The notes under the pieces are model-generated. The model did not search any database. It was not told the origin of the DNA and was given only the letters and a program-made list of their open reading frames with translations. A DNA stretch of 64,000 nt from contig CBDBDR010000017.1 of NCBI GenBank assembly GCA_965203965.1, forward strand, positions 1,443,947 through 1,507,946, written 5' to 3'. This DNA comes from Thermodesulfobacteriota bacterium (GTDB lineage: Bacteria; Desulfobacterota_D; UBA1144; Nemesobacterales; JAJCZQ01). Below, one piece after another: positions 10,824 to 21,530 of this stretch (positions are counted from its first letter, which is position 1; every line of letters begins with the position of its first letter). Made by a program: the position numbers and the translations under genes.

Positions 10824-10961
10824 TATGGCTTCCTATAGGCTAATTATTATTGCATAACAAAACAAGACAAATATCAACCCACTTTATACTTTATAATGCT
10901 GACTTTATTAAAATAGCATAGAGTGTATTCTATCATCATAACCACGTAAGGAAAAATTGAT

Positions 10962-11183
10962 ATGTTTGGTGTAGGAACAAGTGAGTTGATAGTTATAATT
11001 TTGATCGCTCTTCTGATCCTGGGTCCTGCGGAAATCCCAAAAGTGGCACGCACTTTTGGTAGGGCAATGAGAGAGGTCAAACGTGTCAAGGATGAGCTAA
11101 GCCAAAACATAGAGTTTGAAAATAATGACCCCGGAGTAGAAGCTAAAGCGAAGGAAATCAAAAAGAATGATACTGCTGATTAA
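10962..11183 (+). CDS. Twin-arginine translocase TatA/TatB family subunit
   Basis: MFGVGTSELIVIILIALLILGP followed by an amphipathic helix. Confidence 0.85.
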   Translation: MFGVGTSELIVIILIALLILGPAEIPKVARTFGRAMREVKRVKDELSQNIEFENNDPGVEAKAKEIKKNDTAD

Positions 11184-11326
11184 TTGGATTTCGGAGTGAT
11201 AGTTAAAGGGAAACCGAGCTTCTTGTTAAATGCACGTTGTGGCATTAAATACGTCTTTTCCAATCTCTTGTCTTTGCCATTCAATTAAGTAAAATCATCG
11301 CAAGTTCCAACCTGGAGTTTTCTCCT

Positions 11327-12919
11327 TTGCCAAAAGTTACAATAGACGATATAGAAGTAGAAGTAGAAGACGGTATAAACGTCATTCAGGCTGCATCAAT
11401 AGTAGGTATAGACGTCCCGCATTTTTGCTACCATCCATCCCTGAGCGTAGTGGCACAGTGCAGACAATGTCTCGTTGAAGTGGAAGGCGTGCCAAAAGTT
11501 TTGCCAGCTTGTAATGTTCCCGTAAGAGAAGGGCTTGTTGTCAGGACGAATTCTGATAAAGTGCTAAAATCAAGAGAGGCGACCGTAGAATTTACTTTGA
11601 TAAATCATCCCCTTGATTGTCCGATCTGCGACAAGGGAGGAGAGTGTCCGTTGCAACTGACCACTTTTGAGCATGGACCGGGATACAGTCGTGTCAGCGG
11701 TCCGGAAGAAAAGAAAGTGCGCCAGAAACATTACCTGAGCGACAGGATACTTTACGACCCCAACAGATGTATAATGTGCACAAGGTGCATAAGGTTTACC
11801 GATGAGATAACACAGACTTCAGAACTTGGAACTACCGGTAGGGGATTCAGGAAAAAAATAGCAGTGTTCCCGGGTAAAGAGCTTGATAATAAGCTCGCCA
11901 GCAATGTTATAGATATTTGTCCCGTGGGTGCACTTTTGGATAAAGAAACGCTGCACGAGGAAAGAGTTTGGTATTACAAATTCACCGATAGCGTATGCTC
12001 TCTTTGCAGTAACGGGTGCAATATCACGGTAGGTGTTGATCCAAGAAAAGGTAAAATCTCAAGGATCAGACCCAGACCAAATCCAGAGGTCAACGATTTC
12101 TGGATTTGTGATAAGGGAAGATACGGCTTCAGCGAGATACAGAAAGAAAAGAGATTAAAAGATCCGATAATTAGCAATGGTAAGGGTTACGAAATAAGTG
12201 GATGGGAAACTGCAATCGGTCTGATCTGCAAGAACATATCTGCAAACGGGGAATTTTCACGTAAAAACACGGCATTTGTGGCATCTCCGAAATTAACCAA
12301 CGAAGAGCTTTACCTTATAAAAAAAATATATGAGAAGACAGAAGCAGATCATATTGTATCCAACACCGGGTCTGCATTAGAGACCAAAGAATATGGGATT
12401 ATAAGTTCAGACCCTTATCCCAACTCTCATGGTGTTAGGCAGATCGGTCTATCCGTAGATATTGACGCAGTAATACGGCTGGTAATTGATAAGAAAATAG
12501 ACGTGCTATTTGTGGTTGGTGAGGATATGTTTGACCACGTCGCGGAGACAGACGAATCAAAATTGAAGGAAGCATTAATTGATATGGACTTTATTGCCGT
12601 GATGGATTATAAACTGTCCGCTACGGCTCATTTTGCAAACGTCATTCTTCCCGGTGCCACTGCATACGAAAAGGACGGAACGTTTGTAAATGACAGTGGG
12701 CGTGTGCAAAAGATCAAAGAAGCAATACCTCCACCCGGAAATGCCAAGGCGGACTGGGAAGTTCTAAGTCTGATAGGTAAGCAGCTTGATGAAAAAGCTT
12801 TTGATTACTGTCATCCAAGGGAAATAATGTCGGAAATTGCCTCCGAAAATGACAACTATCAGGGCATTGGCTATGATCGTATCGGTGTTCTTGGAGTATC
12901 TGTGAAATCTGAAAATTAA
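11327..12919 (+). CDS. nuoG: NADH-quinone oxidoreductase subunit G (short form)
   Basis: PHFCYH, CRQC, NHPLDCPICDKGGEC, RCIMCTRC, DICPVGAL and CSLCSNGC. TTG start after GGAG. Adjacent to nuoH. Confidence 0.9.
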   Translation: MPKVTIDDIEVEVEDGINVIQAASIVGIDVPHFCYHPSLSVVAQCRQCLVEVEGVPKVLPACNVPVREGLVVRTNSDKVLKSREATVEFTLINHPLDCPICDKGGECPLQLTTFEHGPGYSRVSGPEEKKVRQKHYLSDRILYDPNRCIMCTRCIRFTDEITQTSELGTTGRGFRKKIAVFPGKELDNKLASNVIDICPVGALLDKETLHEERVWYYKFTDSVCSLCSNGCNITVGVDPRKGKISRIRPRPNPEVNDFWICDKGRYGFSEIQKEKRLKDPIISNGKGYEISGWETAIGLICKNISANGEFSRKNTAFVASPKLTNEELYLIKKIYEKTEADHIVSNTGSALETKEYGIISSDPYPNSHGVRQIGLSVDIDAVIRLVIDKKIDVLFVVGEDMFDHVAETDESKLKEALIDMDFIAVMDYKLSATAHFANVILPGATAYEKDGTFVNDSGRVQKIKEAIPPPGNAKADWEVLSLIGKQLDEKAFDYCHPREIMSEIASENDNYQGIGYDRIGVLGVSVKSEN

Positions 12920-12933
12920 TTCAGCAAACCGTA

Positions 12934-13983
12934 ATGAACTTAACTGAGATAGTATTAACGTTAATAAAGATCAAAATAGTCCTTTTTGTTGTTCTTACTG
13001 TGGTTGCATACCTTACCTACGCGGAAAGAAGAGTGAGCGCAATTATTCAGGACAGAGTGGGCCCAAACAGAGTGGGTCCCTTTGGTCTTCTTCAACCGCT
13101 GGCTGACGGCATAAAGTTTATTTTCAAAGAAGATATAATTCCTGCAACTTCAAGCAAATTGCTTTACGTAGTAGCACCGGCACTTTCACTTACCATCTCT
13201 CTTGCTGCACTTGCCGTAATACCCATAGGTGATGGTTTTGAGACTTCATTTCTCGGTTTTTTTGCCGAACCAACAAAAATAAGTTTTCATATAGCAGACC
13301 TCAACGTGGGGGTTCTCTACGTTCTTGCCATGGGCTCTTTGGGAGTTTATGGCGTGGTTCTAGGTGGCTGGGCGTCAAATAGTAAATACTCGTTGCTTGG
13401 TGGTCTGCGAGCTGCAGCACAGATGATCAGCTATGAGTTAGCTCTGGGATTGTCAATAATTGGCGTGATCGCAATTGTTGGTTCATTGAGGCTTGGTGAT
13501 ATAATCAATGCACAGCAAAACTGCTGGTTTATATTCCTTCAACCGATCGGTTTTATGGTATTCCGGGTCTCATCATTTGCAGAAACAAACAGACTTCCGT
13601 TTGACCTTCCCGAAGCGGAAACAGAGATCGTTGCCGGCTACCACACGGAATACAGCAGCATGAAATTCGCAATGTTCTTTATGGCGGAATACACGCACAT
13701 GATAGTCGCATCTTGTATGATGACTGCGCTCTTTCTCGGAGGCTGGTATCCTCTTCCATTCGGGGGTTGGTTTGGAATTGACGTTGTAAAGCACTGGTAT
13801 CTGCCACCCATTGTATTTATAAGTAAGGTTGTTTTCCTACTTTTCCTGTTTATTTGGGTAAGATGGAGCATTCCGAGATTCAGATATGATCAGGTTATGA
13901 AACTCGGATGGAAGGTGCTGTTCCCGCTTGCGGTCGTCAACCTGATAATCACAAGTATTTTGATACTTGCTGGTGTCCTCTGA
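12934..13983 (+). CDS. nuoH: NADH-quinone oxidoreductase subunit H
   Basis: QDRVGPNRVGPFGLLQPLADGIK, ETNRLPFDLPEAE and PRFRYDQ. Confidence 0.97.
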   Translation: MNLTEIVLTLIKIKIVLFVVLTVVAYLTYAERRVSAIIQDRVGPNRVGPFGLLQPLADGIKFIFKEDIIPATSSKLLYVVAPALSLTISLAALAVIPIGDGFETSFLGFFAEPTKISFHIADLNVGVLYVLAMGSLGVYGVVLGGWASNSKYSLLGGLRAAAQMISYELALGLSIIGVIAIVGSLRLGDIINAQQNCWFIFLQPIGFMVFRVSSFAETNRLPFDLPEAETEIVAGYHTEYSSMKFAMFFMAEYTHMIVASCMMTALFLGGWYPLPFGGWFGIDVVKHWYLPPIVFISKVVFLLFLFIWVRWSIPRFRYDQVMKLGWKVLFPLAVVNLIITSILILAGVL

Positions 13984-13997
13984 GTGGTGGGCGGAAG

Positions 13998-14768
13998 CTA
14001 TCGGATTTTTTGGTTAAATGCTTTTTGCATTCTATCAATAATGTTTTCGGTTACCCGTTTGGGATCATCCGCTTTGTAGATCGGACGTCCTATAACTAAA
14101 TAATCAGACCCATTTTCAATAGCCTCTTCAGGTGTGGTAACTCTTTTGTGATCATCATGGTGTTCATCCAGTCGGACGCCAGGCGATACTACAACAAAGT
14201 TGTTATCGGGGACAGCTTCTTTTATCAACCCTGCATGCTTTCCCGATGCTATAACACCATCCATACCGCAACTATGAGCTTGTTTTGCCCTTTGTAGCAC
14301 GTGGTTCAGAAGGGATACTGTTCCTTCTTCAATATTGTAAATTTCCTTCATGTCTTTTTCATTAAGGCTTGTTAATAAAGTTACAAGCAGTAGTTTGGGT
14401 TTTATGCAACCATTTCGCCCCTCAATGGCTGCTTCCATGAGAGAGGGATTTCCGTGTATGGTGCAAAAGTCTATATTTTCCACCTTGGATAATGCTCTGG
14501 TGTAAGACGATACGGTGTTCTTAATATCGTAAAACTTCAAATCAAAAAAGACGCCAATTTTTCTCTCTGCCATGAACGGCAAAAAATCTCTTGTTTCCGG
14601 GTCAGAGCTGGTGGCAATCTCAAGAAAGTGCAAGTAGTTTATCTTGACTATGCGGATAACGTCTTTAAGCTCGCTGATCAACTTTATGGATCCTTTCACT
14701 GGGATATCCAGCGACAGTATCAAACGATCTTTAGCAGAAATTGTATTTTCTTGTAAAGTCTTTGTCAT
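13998..14768 (-). CDS. pyrF: Orotidine-5'-phosphate decarboxylase
   Basis: LILSLD, DLKFYDIKNTV, VTLLTS, SPGVR and VIGRPI. Confidence 0.92.
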   Translation of the reverse strand: MTKTLQENTISAKDRLILSLDIPVKGSIKLISELKDVIRIVKINYLHFLEIATSSDPETRDFLPFMAERKIGVFFDLKFYDIKNTVSSYTRALSKVENIDFCTIHGNPSLMEAAIEGRNGCIKPKLLLVTLLTSLNEKDMKEIYNIEEGTVSLLNHVLQRAKQAHSCGMDGVIASGKHAGLIKEAVPDNNFVVVSPGVRLDEHHDDHKRVTTPEEAIENGSDYLVIGRPIYKADDPKRVTENIIDRMQKAFNQKIR

Positions 14769-14901
14769 TTTTATCAAAAGACAACGATTAAAGAGTGATC
14801 TGAATTTGAATGGTTCCCTGATAATTTAGCATTATTTCCGTATTTATGAAAGGAATTAACCAAACTTGAACACCAAATAAAACTATATAAACTCTGAAAA
14901 A

Positions 14902-17322
14902 ATGAGTCTGCCAGTTGAGGTTTCAATTCCGTTGCCAAGGGATCAAACCTACCACTATTCACTTCCGGACACGTTCGTAAAAGCTGCTGAGATTGGCAAA
15001 AGAGTATTAGTGCCTTTCAGAAACAGATTGACAATAGGGTTTATAATTGGATTTGAAACCCCTGCCGAAGACATCGATCTGAAAAAAGTTATAGATCTAA
15101 TAGATGATAAACCCCTCTTTGATAAATCCCGTCTGGAATTCTACAGATGGGTGTCCGATTATTATCTGTCTTCTCTGGGTATTGTGCTGAAAGTTGCTCA
15201 CTCGGGAGGGGTAGGAACTTCTTTGAACCGCTATGTGAATGTTACTCAGAAAGGTATGGAGAAGTTACAGCAGGGTTTTGTTAATAGCAATGAATACAAA
15301 ATATTAAATGCTGTTCATCTATGCCAAAATATTTCAACCAAAAAGTTGTTTGAACTTGTGGAAGGTTGCAATTTTATGATCTTAAACCGACTGATAAACA
15401 AGGGGCTTTTACAATACAGATACCATCTGAAAAAGCTGAAACCCAAATACAAGAAATTGATAAATCCAAACAGATGCAGTGGGGAGTCGCTTGAGAAAAT
15501 TAAGATGAAAATGCCTGCAAAAGCATCTATCCTTGAATTTCTTTTGGATCACGGAACAATTGACCTTGACGACCTGAAGGCATTTTTTCCAAATATAAAC
15601 AATCACGTTAAGTGGCTTGAGGATCAGGGTTTTATTGACGTGGAACTAAAAGAGATCGTAAGAGACCCTTTTGGCAGTATAAAAGATATAAAAGACAACA
15701 TCGCTCCAGATCTGACAATTGAGCAGAAAGCCGTTCTGAGCAAAATTAACAGGTCAATCAATGAAGGTGAACATTCAACTTTCCTACTTCACGGCGTTAC
15801 GGGAAGTGGTAAGACGGAAATATATCTGAGAGCAATTGGCATTGCTTTGGAAAAGGGCAGAGAGTCAATAGTTCTGGTTCCCGAAATAGCACTAACTCCA
15901 CAACTTGTTAAAAGATTTAAGAGCAGGTTTGGAGATAAGGTTGCCGTAATACACAGTCTTTTAAGTACAGGAGAAAGAAGTGATGCTTGGAGGGCGGCAA
16001 GCAATGGAAAAGTTAAAGTGATTATTGGTGCAAGGTCTGCTGTTTTTACTCCATTTAAGGATCTGGGAGTTATTGTTGTTGATGAAGAGCATGAAAGCAC
16101 TTATAAGCAAGAGGAAACTCTTTGCTACAACGCGAGGGACGTTGCCGTTATGCTGGGTCAGCGAACAAATTCCACGGTTATACTGGGATCTGCAACACCT
16201 TCAGTAGAGTCGTATTCAAATTGTATCAGGCAAAAATTTGAATATCTCAGTCTGCCGCTCAGGGTTGGAGGTGCTTGTGATTTGCCGAAAGTAAAAGTTG
16301 TTGACATGAGAAAGCATGGTGGGCCAGTTTTTTCTAAAATTCTTGAGAAGGAAATCGTAAGTAACTTTAAAAACAGGAATCAGACTATTCTTTTTTTGAA
16401 CAGAAGAGGTTTTTCCACTTTCCTTATATACGAGGACAGCGGCGAAATTTTTCACTGTCCAAATTGCAGTATTCCCTTTACGTTCCATAGTATAGATAAC
16501 AAGATAAAATGCCATTATTGTGGGATTTCGGAAGATTTTGATCTTATAAAAAAGAACAGCAGGTCTCCTCTTAGAGGATTTGGCATCGGGACGCAGATGA
16601 TAGAGCATGAACTGAAAAAACTACTTCCAGAGGCAAAAATTGAAAGAATGGACAGGGATTCAACGGGTGGTAAGAACAAGCTACTCAGTTTGTATAAAAG
16701 GTTGGAGAAAGGAGAAATTGATATTTTAATTGGGACGCAAATGGTTGCTAAAGGGCATGATCTGCCCGGAGTAACTCTTGTTGGGGTGATTTCAGCAGAC
16801 ACCTTACTGGGCATCCCAGATTTTAGATCCGGAGAAAAAACCTTTCAACTCATAACTCAAGTGGCAGGAAGGGCTGGCAGAGGTGAGCTGCCGGGTAAGG
16901 TCATTGTTCAGACCTATAATCCGAACCATCCGAGCATTAAATTTTCGTTGTCGCACGACAGTAGTGCATTCTTAAAAAAAGAGATCGGTATAAGGGAGAT
17001 GACCGGCTACCCACCATTCTCCAGAATTGTCAGTTTCAGGTTCAGTAGCACTGAAGAGAGTGGACTTACTGAAAAAATGAGAAAAATTGATAGATTGACC
17101 AAGTTGGCAATTTCAAAACTCACTCCAGGATCAATGGAGGTTCTTGGACCTTCAGAGTGTCCACTATACAGGATAAACAACAGGTTCAGGTGGCAGATGA
17201 TATTGAGAGCGAAAAAAGTAAATCTGCTACACGCTTTCTCAAAGAGTTTGTATGAACGACTTTTGAATTATAAGGGTAATATAAGAATAACAATGGATGT
17301 AGACCCTATGAATTTTGGTTAA
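14902..17322 (+). CDS. priA: Primosomal protein N' (replication restart helicase)
   Basis: GVTGSGKTE, LVPEIALTPQ, DEEHE, NRRG, QVAGRAGR and MDVDP. Confidence 0.95.
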   Translation: MSLPVEVSIPLPRDQTYHYSLPDTFVKAAEIGKRVLVPFRNRLTIGFIIGFETPAEDIDLKKVIDLIDDKPLFDKSRLEFYRWVSDYYLSSLGIVLKVAHSGGVGTSLNRYVNVTQKGMEKLQQGFVNSNEYKILNAVHLCQNISTKKLFELVEGCNFMILNRLINKGLLQYRYHLKKLKPKYKKLINPNRCSGESLEKIKMKMPAKASILEFLLDHGTIDLDDLKAFFPNINNHVKWLEDQGFIDVELKEIVRDPFGSIKDIKDNIAPDLTIEQKAVLSKINRSINEGEHSTFLLHGVTGSGKTEIYLRAIGIALEKGRESIVLVPEIALTPQLVKRFKSRFGDKVAVIHSLLSTGERSDAWRAASNGKVKVIIGARSAVFTPFKDLGVIVVDEEHESTYKQEETLCYNARDVAVMLGQRTNSTVILGSATPSVESYSNCIRQKFEYLSLPLRVGGACDLPKVKVVDMRKHGGPVFSKILEKEIVSNFKNRNQTILFLNRRGFSTFLIYEDSGEIFHCPNCSIPFTFHSIDNKIKCHYCGISEDFDLIKKNSRSPLRGFGIGTQMIEHELKKLLPEAKIERMDRDSTGGKNKLLSLYKRLEKGEIDILIGTQMVAKGHDLPGVTLVGVISADTLLGIPDFRSGEKTFQLITQVAGRAGRGELPGKVIVQTYNPNHPSIKFSLSHDSSAFLKKEIGIREMTGYPPFSRIVSFRFSSTEESGLTEKMRKIDRLTKLAISKLTPGSMEVLGPSECPLYRINNRFRWQMILRAKKVNLLHAFSKSLYERLLNYKGNIRITMDVDPMNFG

Positions 17323-17328
17323 AGAACA

Positions 17329-20118
17329 GTGGTTAAAAATATAATATATCCAGATGAGCAGGCAGCTTTACGCAGAGTTGACAGTTATCTGGAGTTGAAT
17401 GGAAAAATCAGCAAAAAGAACAGGGAGGCTCTTTATCTGCTTTCCTCATACAGCAATTTCTTAGGCAGGGCAGCGATCAATGACCCTGAACTAATTTCCA
17501 ACTTGCCAGCTAATAAGTACCTTAGTTCAGAAAAATTTCTGGAAACATACAAAAAGGAAGCACAAGAAATACAGGAAACGGCAGGCAGTGAGGCTGAGTT
17601 TGCAAGAAACATGAGAAGATACAAATACAGAGAACTTGCACTTATAATATACAAGAACATTGTGAAGTCATCCGATTTTCTGATACTGCTTAGGGAGCTA
17701 TCAAGTCTGTCCGAATCTATAATTTCTGCAGTTTTTGACTATTACGCAAACCAATTGGATGTTGACAAGCACGGGAATTTCTTTGTGCTTGCCATGGGCA
17801 AACTCGGTGGACGACTTCTGAATTTAAGCTCTGACGTTGATCTAATATATATATACAAGGCGAGCAAAGACAATGAGGTGTTTTTTAAGCTCGCTGAGAA
17901 AATGACAAAGGCGATAAGCCTTGTTAATGATAATGGTTTTTTATACAGAGTGGATCTGAACCTGAGACCCGGCGGCACTAGGAGTTCAATTGCAGTTTCT
18001 TATGACTGGACAGTTGATTACTACTTTTATTGGGGAGATACATGGGAAAGAGCGGCTTTTATACAGGCAAGACCTATTGCGGGTGATATAGATCTCGGAA
18101 AAAAATTCATCAATGAAATTGATCGGTTTGTTTATAGGAAGTCCCTGGATTATGAATCAATTGAAGATCTAAAGGACATGAAGTTAAAGTTGAACCGACT
18201 TGAAAAACAGAATGACGTAAAGCTGGGTAAAGGTGGAATAAGAGAGATCGAGTTTTTTGTTCAGGCAAACCAGCTTGTCAATTCAGGGCAGTTCAGTGAG
18301 TTGAAAGGCAAGAACACTCTGGAGTGTCTTGAACTCCTTGCAGAAAAGAAAATTGTGAGTGAAAAGGTAAAATCCGACCTGAAAGACTCGTATATTTTTC
18401 TAAGAAAAGTGGAGCACAACATTCAGCTTGTGGATGAGCGCCAAACTCACAAAATACCGACTGATAAGAACGAGATATTGAAGTTAGCCAAAAGGACTGG
18501 TTTCAAAACAACGGAATCTTTTCAAGATCATCTTGCCTCAAATGTGGAGAAAGTGTTGGTTGAGTATAACAATCTATTTTACGAACCTTCAAAAAAGGTA
18601 GAAGAGTATGCAAATGATTTTTGGAAAATTGCCGATTTTCTTACCGAGGGTAATGTGAGTGATGATGAAGCAATCAAATTACTTGGTGAAATGGGGTTTA
18701 AGGATCCTGCCGGGAATTTAGATCTGATATATTCTCTTGTGAACCCGCAGCGTGCCGGACTGACACAAAAAGGGCGTATGCTATCCAGACGGGTCATTCC
18801 CGCTTTACTATCTGCGGTAAGAAGGTCATACGACAGTAGCACGGCACTGAAGAATCTCGAAAGATTTATCTCCTCGATCGGTTGTAGAACTTCCGTTTAC
18901 TCAGCTTTAATTGAAAATCCGAGTATCCTCAATCTCCTTTCTATGCTTTTTTCCACAAGTGGTATGCTGTCAAACTTTTTGATCCGTTACCCAGAATACC
19001 TGAATATACTCACGATCAAATCTTCCGAGAGCCAGTATTCTTCACAAGATGTGATGATCAATAGTTTGCGAGGTCTGGTTGAAGCTGAAAGTAGCTATGA
19101 GGAAAAGTTAAATGCTTTAAGGCATTTTAAGCACGTTGAAACCTTGAAGTTGTGTCTCAGGGACATAGGTCATGAAATTGATCCTGTTTACGTTGGGAAA
19201 CACCTTTCAATGATAGCATCGGCGGTTGTAAAAGTTGCACTGGAACTGGCAATAAGCGAAACAAAGTTCAATATAGGATCCAGGGTCAACTTGAAAAAAA
19301 TGCTGATACTTGCCATGGGGAAATTTGCTGCAAGGGAGATGAGCTACAACTCCGACCTCGATCTGATATTTATATATGAAGGAGACAACCACGAGGTTTT
19401 CAGCAGACTTGGTCAGAGGTTGATCTCTATTCTATCCGTTCCCACGTCGGAGGGTTTCTGCTATAAGATAGATCTTGACTTGAGGCCATCGGGAAGATCC
19501 GGCACATTGGTAACTTCTTTTGATTCGTTTAAAAAATACCATGAAGAAAGCGCACAACTTTGGGAAAGGCAATCGTTGATCAGATCTTTTCCATCTGGGG
19601 GAGATACACAGCTTTCCCGTAAAGTAGAGAGAGCCATTACTAAATTTGTGTATTTTAAACCCCTTGAACCAGATTTTTACAAGCAGATCAGTTTTATAAG
19701 GCACAGGATGGAAAACGAGTTGGCAAAAGAGACCGTTAAAAAGTTCAACATGAAAACTGGGAGAGGTGGGTTGGTTGACATTGAGTTTATAGTTCAGATG
19801 CTTCAATTACGTTATGGAAGAGAGTATAAGAGCATCAGGTTGCCAAATACACTTGAAGCTATTGACTCTATGAAATCTAAAAAATTGTTTCCGGAAAAAC
19901 ACTCAAAGATATTAAATCAAGGGTATCTTTTTCTGAAAGGTATTGAAAATAAACTGAGATTGCTAAGGGATAAATCTATCAGTGAAATTACGGATAATGA
20001 TTTTGACGTTTTGTCGGTGGAGTCGGATAAATACGGATCTGGTGCCGAGTTGAAGTTAAAATATCTGGAAACAACAGACCGTATCAGGAAAATATACAAA
20101 GGTTACTTTGAATCGTGA
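17329..20118 (+). CDS. glnE: Bifunctional glutamine synthetase adenylyltransferase/adenylyl-removing enzyme
   Basis: Two nucleotidyltransferase repeats (AMGKLGG...SSDVDL, AMGKF...NSDLDL), DLRP, WER and GGxxDIEF. Confidence 0.93.
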   Translation: MVKNIIYPDEQAALRRVDSYLELNGKISKKNREALYLLSSYSNFLGRAAINDPELISNLPANKYLSSEKFLETYKKEAQEIQETAGSEAEFARNMRRYKYRELALIIYKNIVKSSDFLILLRELSSLSESIISAVFDYYANQLDVDKHGNFFVLAMGKLGGRLLNLSSDVDLIYIYKASKDNEVFFKLAEKMTKAISLVNDNGFLYRVDLNLRPGGTRSSIAVSYDWTVDYYFYWGDTWERAAFIQARPIAGDIDLGKKFINEIDRFVYRKSLDYESIEDLKDMKLKLNRLEKQNDVKLGKGGIREIEFFVQANQLVNSGQFSELKGKNTLECLELLAEKKIVSEKVKSDLKDSYIFLRKVEHNIQLVDERQTHKIPTDKNEILKLAKRTGFKTTESFQDHLASNVEKVLVEYNNLFYEPSKKVEEYANDFWKIADFLTEGNVSDDEAIKLLGEMGFKDPAGNLDLIYSLVNPQRAGLTQKGRMLSRRVIPALLSAVRRSYDSSTALKNLERFISSIGCRTSVYSALIENPSILNLLSMLFSTSGMLSNFLIRYPEYLNILTIKSSESQYSSQDVMINSLRGLVEAESSYEEKLNALRHFKHVETLKLCLRDIGHEIDPVYVGKHLSMIASAVVKVALELAISETKFNIGSRVNLKKMLILAMGKFAAREMSYNSDLDLIFIYEGDNHEVFSRLGQRLISILSVPTSEGFCYKIDLDLRPSGRSGTLVTSFDSFKKYHEESAQLWERQSLIRSFPSGGDTQLSRKVERAITKFVYFKPLEPDFYKQISFIRHRMENELAKETVKKFNMKTGRGGLVDIEFIVQMLQLRYGREYKSIRLPNTLEAIDSMKSKKLFPEKHSKILNQGYLFLKGIENKLRLLRDKSISEITDNDFDVLSVESDKYGSGAELKLKYLETTDRIRKIYKGYFES

Positions 20119-21530
20119 TTGAAAAAAGATGCTTATTCCTGCTTGCCGATGGAGCTAGGTCGGATCTTTTTGAACATCTTTTAAATAAGGGTGATCTTCC
20201 TAATCTGTCAAAATACGTTGTTGAAAGAGGTTCTTACCTGAACGCGGTGACCGTGTTTCCATCAACGACTGGTCCCGCTTACATACCATATATATTTGGC
20301 AAGTATCCCGGACGTTGCAATATGCCGGGCATAAGATGGTTTGACAGGTATGAATTTGACAAAAATGTGTTCTCCTTAAAAGGTTTCAGAAGCTACATTG
20401 GACCGGAATCATACTTAATGAACAGCGATATTAACGCCAACGGAACCCCAACTCTATTTGAACACGTGCCGAGAAACATAAGCATATTGAATGAAATTAC
20501 AAAGGGTGTGTCCTTAAATGGTGATAAAACAAAGTTTTCAAAAGTTTTTTACAAGATAAAAAGCCATTTTACGGACGGCAGTAAAGAGGTTGACGAGATA
20601 GCGGGTAGGATACTGCTTGAATGTCTTAATGGTGATCCACAACTGGTGTTCTGCGTATTTCTCGGCATTGATACCTATTCACATCAGTATCACCCTTTTC
20701 ACGAGAAAGTTGTGAATTCCTATTACCTACTTGATAATTACGTTGGCCTGGTGGGCGAACGTCTTAAACGTGAAAACAGGTTAGAGGACACACTGATCGT
20801 CGTTGCAAGTGACCATGGACTAACTTCCACGCATTCACACTTTGACTCTCCGAGATTTATGGAAGAACTTGGTTATAAGACGCTCTACTATACAAACATA
20901 TTTAACCATCTTTTTGATGCTGATGCATCAGTAATGGTCTCAGGAAATTCAATGGCACATATTTACATTAAAAGTGCTGATGGATGGAAAAGGAATACTT
21001 TTATGGACGAAGTTGGTAATTTGGCAGAAAAATTGTTAAGCCGTCCGGAGATAGATCTGATAGCGGGTAGAAATTCAAATGGAGAAATAGTTGTTCAAAA
21101 TGCGGGAGGTAAAGCCACAATTCTAATTGAAGGAGATAGGCTGATCTATAAAAAGATCAATGGAGACGACCCATTTGGTTATAATAAACTCCCCGTTAGT
21201 ATGAGTTTTGATAAGTCTCTTGAATTAACCGTAGATACTAATTATCCCGATGCCTTATTGCAGGTAGCACAGCTATTTGAATCCACGCGCACGGGCGATA
21301 TTGTTATAAGTTCCAAGCCGGGTATTGACTTGAGAGCAAGAAATGAAAAACCCGAGCACAGCGCTTCACATGGGTCATTGATAAGGGAGCACATGATGGT
21401 TCCCTTAGCTATGAGTACAAAGCAGGATGGTAAGAAGTGCGTGAGAACAGCAGATATTTATCCGACAATCCTGAATTTTCTTGGACTGGAAGTCCCGCAC
21501 GGAATTGATGGAAACTCTTTGGTCAACTGA
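20115..21530 (+). CDS. Alkaline phosphatase superfamily protein (type I phosphodiesterase/nucleotide pyrophosphatase-like)
   Basis: LADG, VFPSTTGP, DTYSH, SDHG and HGSL. Overlaps the glnE stop. Confidence 0.8.
   Translation: MIEKRCLFLLADGARSDLFEHLLNKGDLPNLSKYVVERGSYLNAVTVFPSTTGPAYIPYIFGKYPGRCNMPGIRWFDRYEFDKNVFSLKGFRSYIGPESYLMNSDINANGTPTLFEHVPRNISILNEITKGVSLNGDKTKFSKVFYKIKSHFTDGSKEVDEIAGRILLECLNGDPQLVFCVFLGIDTYSHQYHPFHEKVVNSYYLLDNYVGLVGERLKRENRLEDTLIVVASDHGLTSTHSHFDSPRFMEELGYKTLYYTNIFNHLFDADASVMVSGNSMAHIYIKSADGWKRNTFMDEVGNLAEKLLSRPEIDLIAGRNSNGEIVVQNAGGKATILIEGDRLIYKKINGDDPFGYNKLPVSMSFDKSLELTVDTNYPDALLQVAQLFESTRTGDIVISSKPGIDLRARNEKPEHSASHGSLIREHMMVPLAMSTKQDGKKCVRTADIYPTILNFLGLEVPHGIDGNSLVN

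Noticed and set aside
13558..13572. Arg within a NuoH transmembrane segment (VFRVS)
   Set aside because: A single substitution or base-call error explains it. It cannot be interpreted without reads.
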